Of a DNA stretch of 64,000 nt, positions 1-10,640 are shown in pieces. How positions within the stretch are numbered: position 1 is the first letter of the stretch; every line of letters begins with the position of its first letter. The stretch is from Patellaria atrata CBS 101060. Lineage: Eukaryota. Below the pieces are notes generated by a model that saw nothing but the letters and a program-made list of their open reading frames with translations, did not search any database and was not told the DNA's origin. The stretch spans positions 190,123 to 254,122 of the forward strand of contig MU006102.1 of NCBI GenBank assembly GCA_010093705.1, read 5' to 3'. Position numbers and translations under genes: made by a program.

Positions 1-193
1 TGTCAAGGGCGCCGTCTAGGGAAGGCCTTTTGGCCGTGGTAGATCCGTCGTTACTGAGACCATTGCTTGCAAGAGATAGCGTGGAGGAATCATCGATACG
101 GGAGTTCCTGCGGCTTCTGTTCCCCTTGAAAAGGCCTGATAGATTGGAACTGCCAGCTGTGGGTTGATGGGTAGATTCTGGAGTTAGAGACAT
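1..193 (-). CDS. 5' end of an unidentified gene running off the window (Ser-rich N-terminus)
   Basis: ATG at 193 opens a frame (MSLTPESTHQPTAGSSNLSGLFKGNRSRRNSRIDDSSTLSLAS...) that stays open to the window edge; divergent from the gene at 796. Confidence 0.5.
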   Translation of the reverse strand, partial: MSLTPESTHQPTAGSSNLSGLFKGNRSRRNSRIDDSSTLSLASNGLSNDGSTTAKRPSLDGALD

Positions 194-323
194 GGTGCCT
201 CTCGCCTAAGTAGCGGAAAGAAATAGGAAGGTGATTAGAGTATTTGCGTTAGATGTAATGGCATCGAATCCTCTAGCAGTGCTTGGGTTTATGTGCTCTT
301 TGGGAGCTGCTTGATAAGTCCTC

Positions 324-338
324 GGGGGGGGGGGGGGG
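324..338. repeat. poly-G tract (15 G)
   Basis: Seen directly in the divergent intergenic region. Confidence 0.9.
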
Positions 339-795
339 CTAAGGAAAGAGCTGAGCAGCGTTTGTCTCATGTAAGTTGAAATCTACCCGGCGCATATTTT
401 GTAGAAATCCGCCTTGCTGACCCAGAGATCATGTAGAAGGTACCAGCGTTCAAGCCGTACAAAAAGAAAAGTCGCGATAGGTTGCTGTGGGGGAGTAGTT
501 TGTAGATATTGGGGGGTAAAGGTTCTGGTGGTATTTCAATATGGGTATCATGATCCTGTATAGGGCTAGTTCTATCTGAGAAGTGCCTCGTCATTTGGCG
601 TGAAGACCCCCTGCGCGTGTCCCGCGGACGCACATGTTCGCAGTTTCACACAGCATTCCGCACCTCATCAACACCTCAGTCTCCTACAAGTACTCCGTAC
701 AATAGGGTCACTTCATTTATATGAGACCTTCGCTACTCTACCATCGTCCAACCATCCTTGATGCTGTAACTCACGACACCTAAACGAGAGAAGAC

Positions 796-2696
796 ATGGA
801 AGCAGCACCACTCACTATTGTCAGTAGTGTCATTCTTGTCCGCAAACTCCGCGGTTCCCTCCAACTAATATATCCCAATAGGCACACTCTCACGCTCTAA
901 AAGCATCTCGCGAGACCGAAAAGTCAAATAACATTGCTGCAACTGATGCTCATGAGCTTGCTGCTTCCAGCTATGCCGACGCGGCAAAGGATACGGAAGA
1001 TGTTGAGGCCTTGCGCATGCTGAAGTTGCTAGAGGAACAACATCACCAGCTGGCACGCATCATAAAGTCTGGAGGCACACGTCCTGTTAGAAAAGCTCCC
1101 GTAGAACATATTGTCGAAATATCAGATACCAAGTCTACGCAACCTGCTTCTGACAGCAATGATGCAGATCAAACGGCTGCCGTACAACGTCTAGCACCAG
1201 CACAAAACTCTCCATCGACTCAAAGGAGGGCAGCAAGGGAGCTATCGTCTTCCATAGCTAGCAATCTCGCCTCAGCTCGCGGAATACCGTCCCAACAACG
1301 TCGTGGGATACCAGCATCGCCTTCGGTTTCTGCGGAGCATGCTGGGGGGAAGATCCTCGGACGGTTAGAGCGTGAAGATAGTTTCGAGAACCAGCCTTCA
1401 TCTTCACGGACACAAGTATCACGCCGCCAGTCTTCTTCTCCTCGCCGGGTTCTCAAACCTCCCCCTATCGCAGTTGCTTCCTCAACCTCGCATTCCAAGC
1501 CTACAATTGTTCAAGATTCAAAACCTCTCTCATCAGCATCAGACAAACCATTCGAGAATTTTTATTCAAGGTTTGAGTCAGTTTTCCGGACAATATCTGC
1601 TCCTCTCGCTTTTTCTGCCCTCCCTTTGTTCCCTGGAACAGAGTCTACCCCAACCGCTCCAAATAGTCCTCCAAAGAACACGAAAACAGCTACAAAAGAA
1701 CGAATTCCGCCTCAAAGTTATGTCCATTCTTCTTCTTCGCCTGATTATAGGAAAATGTTCTCGAAAGCCACTATTCGTGTTCTTGAGGATGAACCCGGTG
1801 GCGCAGCTATCAGTGGTGCAGAGAGTTTCTATTTTGTACCCGGTACCACTACGTATGCCGGAATGCTAACACGAGAAGATAGTGCAAACAAAAGAAGCAA
1901 CTTGTCTGATCTCATTGAGGAAGAGGAGTTTGTTGACGCATACGAGAATCCGATCCCAGTAAGTCCGGGTTCACCAAACCATATGAGAAAGGGGCGAAGA
2001 AGTGGTCCTGGAAGTGCCGCCGGGAGCCTAGGGAATAGCCGAATAGACCGTGAACGTGTAGCAGAACCCACCATGAGCAAGGTTAAACCGAGCGGGATAG
2101 ATAAAAATAAGTGGGAAGAGCTCGAACTCGAAAACGCGGTGCTTAGACAGCTGTTAGATACTCAGTCGAGAAGACTACAAATGTGGGAAGCGAGTAGCCA
2201 GAGTCAGAGCATGGCGCTCGCGCAAAGTCTACGACACAATAGGACCGGAAGTCCCTCAACCTCCGACGCAGGCACGGTACCTCCATCTTTATTGCCCCCT
2301 GGTTATGTATTACCTACTACCCCTACCGCTCCAAAGTTTTCACGGTCTCATAAGGACGATTCTCCATCTGCGAAAGGTCATATACCTGGTGTGGGACATG
2401 CGCAGAGAGATCAACAAGCAGAAGATGAGATGAACGCACGCTTAGCGGAGCTCGAAACTCTTCTTTCATCCGAGCGCCGCGATCGGGAGCTCCTGGTAAG
2501 AGAGAACGAGAAACTGTCCCGCGAGCGAGAGAAGCTGCTAGCGAACCTGGGCAGATATAGAGATCAATGGGAGGTTTTGAAAGCCGGCGCACGAGGTCGT
2601 ATGCAAAAACGTGGTCAGGGACAGGATGGCAATCAAATTCAGGATGCCCAGAGTCCGATGAGCCCGAAAGGTGGTTCGGCGCCTAGTTGGGTTTGA
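796..2696 (+). CDS. Atg38/NRBF2-like protein: N-terminal MIT-like domain, disordered middle, C-terminal coiled coil
   Basis: Exon 796-819 (MEAAPLTI), GT-AG intron 820-881 with CTAAT branch, then AHSHALKASRE...HELAASSYADAAKDTEDVEALRMLKLLEEQH in frame with ORF 1011-2696; coiled coil ELELENAVLRQLLD...QWEVLKAGAR. Confidence 0.6.
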
Positions 2697-4384
2697 GATA
2701 TCCGAAGTCTATCTTAGAGTTTCCTCAGCCCTTACAATGATAAGCTTTTTGCATGAGGTAGTTGATTTGAGCCCAGCATATGAAGGATGAGGATAGTACT
2801 TTCGGCATTCCCGCCAACGTCAGGTCTAGTCTTCCGGGGGGAGGTGAGACGAAGATGGCTTCAGCGGTGCTCTCCTGATATGTTGACAAACTCATTCTAT
2901 TTTCCAATTACGGTTCTTTCATTCGCTAAACGACAATGTGGTGACCATAGTCTGGGGGAAGGAATTAACATAGTTTCTCGGCCTCTCTATCCTACTGTGG
3001 GAGTGCAGTAAGGCAATCATTCAGAAGAAATCTGAAATCTGAAATGTGGAGCCGGCCAATCTGCGACTGATGGTGATATGATGATATCAGCCGAATCTTA
3101 CCCACGGACCTTTCATCCAGACTCGATTCCATACTCCAACTTCCCCTGAACAAGACCGCGGAACGACTCGAGTAATCGTTGAACGTCTCCCTTTTTCGAC
3201 CACGTGTGGGGCATCTAGTTTAACCAGGACGAATCAGTTTATCTTGAAGAACCTCGATATGGACATCCAAGTAAATACTTTTGGGGTCTCACTAACGGCT
3301 CCTAACTTCTAGAGTTAGCAAGCGAGCGTTAGGCATACCATGAATCAAACGACTCAGAAACACAAACCTTAAAGAAGACTTAAGAGTTGAAAGTAGCCCG
3401 CGTAACTGGAGGGCAAGTGCCATCTGACGACAGAGGCTCCTGTGGAAAGGCTTCCCCTTGAGCTGCGTTTAACCAAGCATGTACGTTTCCGGTGGACCCA
3501 ATATTGTTTTAGCCGAAACAATAGACCCCTTGTATGTAAGTATGCATAGATCTGGGAGATCAACTGCAAGCATCCGGAGAAAAACCTACTGAAGTGTGGG
3601 GAAAACTGGGCACGAACAGTTTAGCATGGACCGTAACATGAACCGAACTCACGAAGTTAGACATTACGGTACCAATTTTATGCCTATTTGGTGTTTAAAC
3701 TCCTACCATAATGTGTTATCCACTTTGTGTGGACGGCATTTTACCTATTCTGAGCAAATTCATGACTTCCACGCGTACAATATATTTGGTTGCTCGACAG
3801 AAGTTGTAATCCGTACAGATGTATCCCTATAATTCAGACTCGCAATAACCAATGGGATATGAAGTTATACCCGAAAGTTCCCAACGTCTCCTATTTTCAT
3901 GGTACCCGTGCCTTCTTGCACAACCTGAAGTACCTGAAGTTCCTGAAGTTGTCACTTCGTTCCCCTAAGTGACACTAAATAATAGGAGTTAAAAATAGTG
4001 GAAACATAACAACGAATGGCCAGATCAAAGCGGATCCCACAGAAAGTACTCCAAGCAGAGCACGTTCAACTTTCTCCATTCCTACGGTTAACAGATAGCT
4101 TTTGAGGCGTAGACTAATTCTCAACCGTCACCGCGTATCTTGACCTCCGTCCTCCGTGGGCCTTCAAGACGGCGATTGGAAATCATTCGATGAGTCTTAA
4201 CTGGAATGGATGATATATGATAATCCCTTCAGGGGGATCAAACTCTTGGGAGTCGATATATAAGGAAGTAGGGTCCCCTTCTCATTCTGATTCCTCATCG
4301 TTCTACATCGCAGTCACTCGTTTTTAACACTCACCTATTTGGTACCACGCTCGTTAACATTTCTCTTAATTCTCTTAATACATC

Positions 4385-5425
4385 ATGTACAAAGTTCTCC
4401 TCAGCACCCTCGCTCTCTCGAGCGTGGGTCTCGCCATGCCCAATGGCTACGACAACCACTACGCTCTCGTGAGCGTGAGCAAGCCTTGCACCACCACCAC
4501 CACGAAGGCTGCTTCCTACCCTGTCCCAACCTACCCGGCAGCACACCCTTCCCCGGACCATGAATATCCCAACGGAAGACCACCACACGGCAGACCAGCA
4601 AACTATCCTCACGGCGGTGCACCTGACGGAGAGTATCCCCACCGCCAACCCCCGTCGCAGGGAGAATATCCGCATGGCGGCAGACCTCACGGAGAGTATC
4701 CTCACAGCGAATCCCCAGCACACTACCCCCTCACCACAACGAAGATCGTGCAACACAACCCGGTCCCAACCTACGCCGCTCAGCCAAAACCAACCCCAGG
4801 CAACCACGGCTACCCGCACGGCCAGAAGCCCGGCCACAACACCCCAAGCTACCCCGTGAGCGGGAAGCCGCACGGCCAGAAACCAGGCCACGACACCCCC
4901 TCAGGCCACGACACGAACCGCAGCCGCCCCAGCAAACCGCACCAGCAGCACAAGGAAACCTGCGACTTCACCCGCGGCCCCCTGATCCACGGCAAACCCG
5001 TCAACAAGTACAACTCCCTCTACTGGAGCGATATGACAGTCTACTCCCCGCCCTCGCAATCCAAAAAATACGCCTCGTACTCCTCCGCCCCGGGCAAACT
5101 TAGCGCCACCTACCCCAACAGCACCGTCGACGTCATCGACATGACCAGTTTCTCCTACAGCTGTGTGGACGCCCTGTCCTCCTCCCCAGTTCCCAAAGCT
5201 TGCGTGATCGTGGTGAAGGGGTATGATGGCAAAGGCGCGTGCGTGGCGAAGGAGGAGTTCGTGTATAAGCCCAAAGCGGGCAAGGGGTGGGAGCAGAAGA
5301 GGGGGAAGTTTGGGGGGGCGTATAGGGGGCTCAAGAGGGTCGAGTTTGAGACGAAGCCGCTTTATGGGAATAAAGTGGGGGGCACGTGTATTTCGGATGT
5401 CGAGTATGATGTCCATGAGTACTAG
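4385..5425 (+). CDS. secreted His/Pro/Gly-rich repeat protein with a Cys-containing C-terminal domain
   Basis: Signal peptide MYKVLLSTLALSSVGLA; GEYPH-type repeats; TATATAA near 4256; single 346-aa ORF. Confidence 0.8.
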   Translation: MYKVLLSTLALSSVGLAMPNGYDNHYALVSVSKPCTTTTTKAASYPVPTYPAAHPSPDHEYPNGRPPHGRPANYPHGGAPDGEYPHRQPPSQGEYPHGGRPHGEYPHSESPAHYPLTTTKIVQHNPVPTYAAQPKPTPGNHGYPHGQKPGHNTPSYPVSGKPHGQKPGHDTPSGHDTNRSRPSKPHQQHKETCDFTRGPLIHGKPVNKYNSLYWSDMTVYSPPSQSKKYASYSSAPGKLSATYPNSTVDVIDMTSFSYSCVDALSSSPVPKACVIVVKGYDGKGACVAKEEFVYKPKAGKGWEQKRGKFGGAYRGLKRVEFETKPLYGNKVGGTCISDVEYDVHEY

Positions 5426-6168
5426 CTGTTTGTTTGATTGAGGGGAAGGAGGAATGGGGGAATGGAGGGATGGGGAATTGGGGGTTGGAGTGGAGTGTAT
5501 ATACTGTTGTAATTCTAATATTAAAGGTGTGTATTTACAGGCTTTGTCTCGCTCACTTGTTTTTGAGGTGTGGTTTGATATCTTCAGCTATATTCGCCGG
5601 GGCTACGTTCTTTCTGCTCGCAGAACCTTTACGTGGCGTTTTACCTCCGTCCAAATTGTCATTCAGCCCGCCTGCGGTAGATCAGCTACGAACGACTGAC
5701 CGATTGATAAATGGTTACTGTCTACAAAGTGCTCCAGTATATAAGGAGGATTATGTACAACGGTCCAAAGTGCGGTCCCAGATTCAGTTCTGTCATGGAC
5801 TGCTTAGACTCGAACATTCTTTTAGAATATTTCTCGTAGAGGAATTATGCCGTCTTAATCCTCTCACTGGGGTTCTGTTCGAATCTCGGACGCGACGCAT
5901 GTGTCGATAGTCTTCCTGAGGGTAAGATACTCCACTTCATCGAGAGAGCTGGTACCGTCACCTGGTCGTCCAATTCACAGTAGCTCAGATTGATGTTCTC
6001 CGATGACGGACTCATCTCAAGGGTTGCTTGACAAGTGTGATTAGGTTTCCAGCCGGACCCATCTCTCCGAATTGCCGAATTTCCTCTTTCTCAAAATCAT
6101 CCCTCACCATGAACAGCAGTCATATAGGCCGGAATTGAAGAATGTCGAACTTGCCTTTCCGTTGTGAA

Positions 6169-9100
6169 TTAATCTATTTCCATCTGATGGACGGTATTGA
6201 ACTTCCAAATCTTCAGTAAGTCCAGGATCTCGGGTTTGATACTCTCTCTAGTTAAAAGGAGATAGTCTCTATACCGTGCCTCCTTAGCATCTGCCCCGTT
6301 AGCATCTACGAGCCGTAATTGCTTGTCGAATATAATCACGGGAGTCGGTGTGGGCGTCGAACGTATGGACTCCTCAAATGTGGCCCCATGGCTTAGTAGC
6401 AATCGCACAATTTCGGTCTGACTATTTTTCACCGCATGATAAAGGGGAGTTTCGCCATTCTCTAGTTTCAAATTGACATCACTCTTGCACGTCAAAAATG
6501 ACTTCACTTGTTCCAATCGACCGTTTTTGCACGCCTCGTGAAATGGAGAGACTGAATTCTTGATGAGCGCTGCCTTCAGGTTGGGATACCCGTCCTTCGT
6601 TGGTGGATAGTGCACCTTTGTATTGGGATTAGCCCCGTACCATAAGAGTAAGTTGACCAGTTCGTCATGTCCAGCAAATGCAGCTACAGCTAAAGCGGTG
6701 TATCCAGTATCTCGTATCTGTACATCTAAGTCTATTTTTGAGAAGTAGTGCTACGCATATCAGAAATTGCACTTTACAAGTTATCAAAAGGATTCTCTCA
6801 CCTGCATAAGGTGTCGGACGATACGAGACTGACCGTGACTGGAAGCTGCTATTAGAGGAGTCATATTGATCCCACCTACACTGGAACGTATATCAGGGTT
6901 TGCGCCATGTGAACATAGCAGGTCGACCATATCCAAATCGCCGATCTTACAGGCTGTGACTAGAGGAGGTATTGAGAATAGAGCCGCCCTGTCTACGTAT
7001 GCACCTTTGTTTATCAATGCTCGAGAAACAAATAAATTTTTGTTTGCAACTGCTTTTTCTAGAGGCGAATTGATTACTGGCCCCTTGTTCGGATCTACTT
7101 CGCGGTTGAAAAGGTATTCAAAAGTCTCACCAGATTCCTCCGCGCTTACCAACTCCATGACTGTCATATCTTTAAGGTAGGACATAGGTGTGATGATTCC
7201 ATAATCTACCAGGAGCTTGAATAGAGGTACTATGTCCATCTGGTGAGTCCAACGGGGACCCAGTATCAACAGACACGAACAGCTTCCTAGGAAACAGTTA
7301 CTAAACTCGGGTTCATAGATGTCGAAACCGGCATAAAGCCATGCTTCAAGAAGGATGGGAAGATCTTGGACTTCGGCTTTTTGAAATAGGTAATAAGCCA
7401 TATTGTCATTTTCCCGGAGTTCGTCCATTGAAAGGTGTATGTTTTTAATCGAAGTAAGGAGTTTCTCTGGCTCAGACCAATTCAGCTGTTGAGAGGTTGG
7501 TGAGTATCCTTGAACAGAATGTGAATATCGTTCTAGGAAGAAAATGCCGCATCTCCAGGGTCTCCCATCAGAGTCCCTCATAAGGACAAGTTTCCTCAGA
7601 GACTCGATGCTAGTCTCCTTCATGCTATTAAAACTGTCGAGTTTCGACAGGCGGTCTTTCCTTTCGCGGCCGTAGATATTCTCTATTTTAACGTCATAGC
7701 CATTTTTGTTGGTAGTATTCGGTAAATCTTTTCTCGCCGGTTTCTCCATAATGCGTGAATCCTCTCTGCTAAACGTATTGCTGTGATTTTCTTCCTCTTC
7801 CCATACACCATCCGAACCAGGATCCGTCGACGTGTCGAGGTCTCCAAAGCAGCAAGACCCGATAAATTGAGCCTGATCCTTACCAGAGGGAACCGCAATC
7901 AAATCACATAACTCCGAGGCGGAAATCCGTGCTGCTGGTTCGTGTTGCAACGTGGACTTGATCCAAGCTGCGATCTGGTTATCCGTCATATTCCCAAATT
8001 CTGTAAGTCTCTCAACCCAAGCCATGGCCCATTTGGTATTACGAAAATAGTGGACACCATCACCATTTTGGGATATGAATTGACGCAAATCCTGAATTAC
8101 TTTCCCCTTGAGGAGTGTGAGCATTTCGACAAATATTGCGCCCAATGAATAAATATCCGACGAGGAATTTCGCTTTTCATAATAGGCAACCTCCGGAGCG
8201 CAGTACATCAAGGTCTTTGCTGAGTCTGCTGTAGTTGTACCTCTAGTCAAATCGCCCCAGTCGAGAGAAATTCCAAAATCGGTTAGGTAGACAGTCGATT
8301 TCCGCACAAGTACATTCTGCGGCTTAATATCGCGATGACGGATTTTATTCTCATGGAGATAACACAAAGCAGTTGAAAGGCAGCCGAAAAAGGTTCTCAG
8401 TGTTGCACGATCCTCTTCACTTTTCGATGCTAATTCGTAGAATTCGTTCAGGTTACAGTCTGCAACTGGAGTCATGATTAATCCGAAGTATTTCGAGTCA
8501 GTATAGCTAGCTACCTGGTAATATGATCAGTTTTATGCGAAGGAAGGCATTTCGGTGATCGTACAAGCTCGACGCAGTGGATATGTTGAATCCGCTTCAA
8601 GACCTGTAGTTCAGTTTTGAAGCTTTGAACCTCCGACTTCTTAGGGCCAACTTTAGTTCTACGAAACCTTTTCCTCGCATACTCTTTACCGCTTATAGGG
8701 CTGTAGATTCTATCGACGGTGGCATAGGCTCCTTGTCCTAAGGTCCCACGGGATTGGAAAGGAAACGCATCCTCCCTGTTGAAATGAGCATGTCTCTTCA
8801 GACCTCCGGATTCAAGTTCCAGTGCTTTACTTAGAACTCGACTCTGCGTTTCAAGAAACCTCTCCTTGTCGAGAGCCGTAAGTGTATTCGGGAGCGAAGA
8901 GTGGGAAAAAGGAAACCATAAATCGTTGAAGCCTCCATTGACAAAGCTTTCGATGGTATGCAGTAGTCCGATAAGCCTAAGAACTATGTATATCCTTGGT
9001 ATTGAGCTCCACGCGGTTTTGTTATCTTCCCGGAGATATCGAGCGATTTCCATACATTCCCCGTCAGTGTATGTGGTTAGACTCTGGTTTTCCGTGGGGA

Positions 9101-9356
9101 AATAATCGCCCAGTGTCTTCTGCTGTGTTGATACATCGATATTATCTGGTCTGGTCGACCGTTCAGCAGCTGGCGGACTAAGAATTGTTTTGGACACTGA
9201 GGTCAACGCGTTCCAGGATGACCGAACCTGATGTGAGAAGCTTTCATCATGCCGTGACCCAAGGATTCTACCTTTTGGAGTTATAGACGGTAAGCTGTTA
9301 AATTCTTCCTCTTCAGCAATGAAATCACCGAATCCGTCGGGTTCCGTGGCCGCCAT
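6169..9356 (-). CDS. Ser/Thr protein kinase with C-terminal ankyrin repeats (3 exons)
   Basis: Exons 9356-8565, 8514-6802, 6750-6169 join in frame via GT-AG introns; motifs LGQGAYATV, YARK, HRDIKPQN, DFG, CAPE; ankyrin repeats SPLEKAV, TPLIAAS, TALAVAA, SPFHEAC, GETPLYHAV. Confidence 0.88.
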
Positions 9357-10640
9357 AGACTCTCATGTCCCTAGGAATTTACAATCATCTGGGTAATGAG
9401 GGGAGAGAATAGAGGTTGCTACTTCATGCTGGGCTACCTGCAAGGCTTCGCCTCCGTGGCTTGTTAAGCGCTCATGGCTTTCCTGTCCTTTTGGGTTGTT
9501 GGGTAAACCACACTCATTCTTGAAACGACTTCAAAATCTACCAAGGTACTGTGAGACAGGTGAGTATGTACAGCGACTCTAGACATCATTAACGGTGCTA
9601 CTACATCGACAGCAGTTGAAAAACTGAAGGATACGGGGCGACCTGCAGTAGAAACAGAAATACAAGAAAGGCATAGCAGGACCGACAAGCGAGAAAGTCC
9701 TCGACAGGGACCAGATGCTCCCCCACAAACTGAAAGTACCAGAGTCAGGTGCAGTACAAATAAATACGGTAGATAGAAGCATCATATAATTTCTTAGCTT
9801 TCTCGCCGGTTGCAAGGTAAAGGACTTCCAGCGCTGACGCCCAACATCAGAATAAAGACTTGGGCCAAGTTGAATGCGCCCAACACCAGTCTTCCAGGAA
9901 CCCTACAAAGAGGGAGTCCAACCCGTTTTCGTGTCATCAGAACTGTGTTGATATCACCAGTACCCATTGATGTGAGCTAATATATGGTAGGTACACAAGT
10001 TTGACGAATTTGCGGGATATACGAAAGCGATACTGGGATCTGATGGGTTAGTATTGCAGTATTGGAGCATTAACATGGACATGCAAAGCTAGAACGATGG
10101 AGACTTCATTCAGACACCAATTGATGATACAAAAAAGAGATCCATTACCCTCAACCTTCTTACAGGACACAACTACATGTCATGTACTCTTACATACACT
10201 AAAGAGTACCAATGATCTAAGACAGTTCTCCCTCTAAGATTCCCACTTGCTAACCATGCCCGCAGCCTTCACTACCCTAGACTCAGCATCTCCGAGCAAC
10301 CCGAATTTTCAGAGAAAGGTCCAGAACTAAATCGCTTAACAGTCGACTCTAACACAACCAACAGTACTACAATAATATACAGAGATAAAAGCATAGAAAA
10401 TACGGATGTGATTACATAGATTATTAAGGAAGTCAAAGGGAATAAGTGGTATCGTCCACACAAACAGAGATCACAGCCCAATTGAACAAGCAGCCGCACA
10501 GCACCCAAGAAAAAAGAAAGCGGATACACAGAAAGCAGGGAAGTGATCAATAAAGATTGTAAGGTAGGCAAATATAGGACAGTGAAATAAACTGTTGGAC
10601 AAGAGTCCGAGACGACAGCCACCGAGAAAATTTGCTGTAT

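Noticed and set aside
4331..5416. Several long overlapping antisense or alternative-frame ORFs
   Set aside because: Expected from the GC-skewed, stop-poor sequence of the secreted gene
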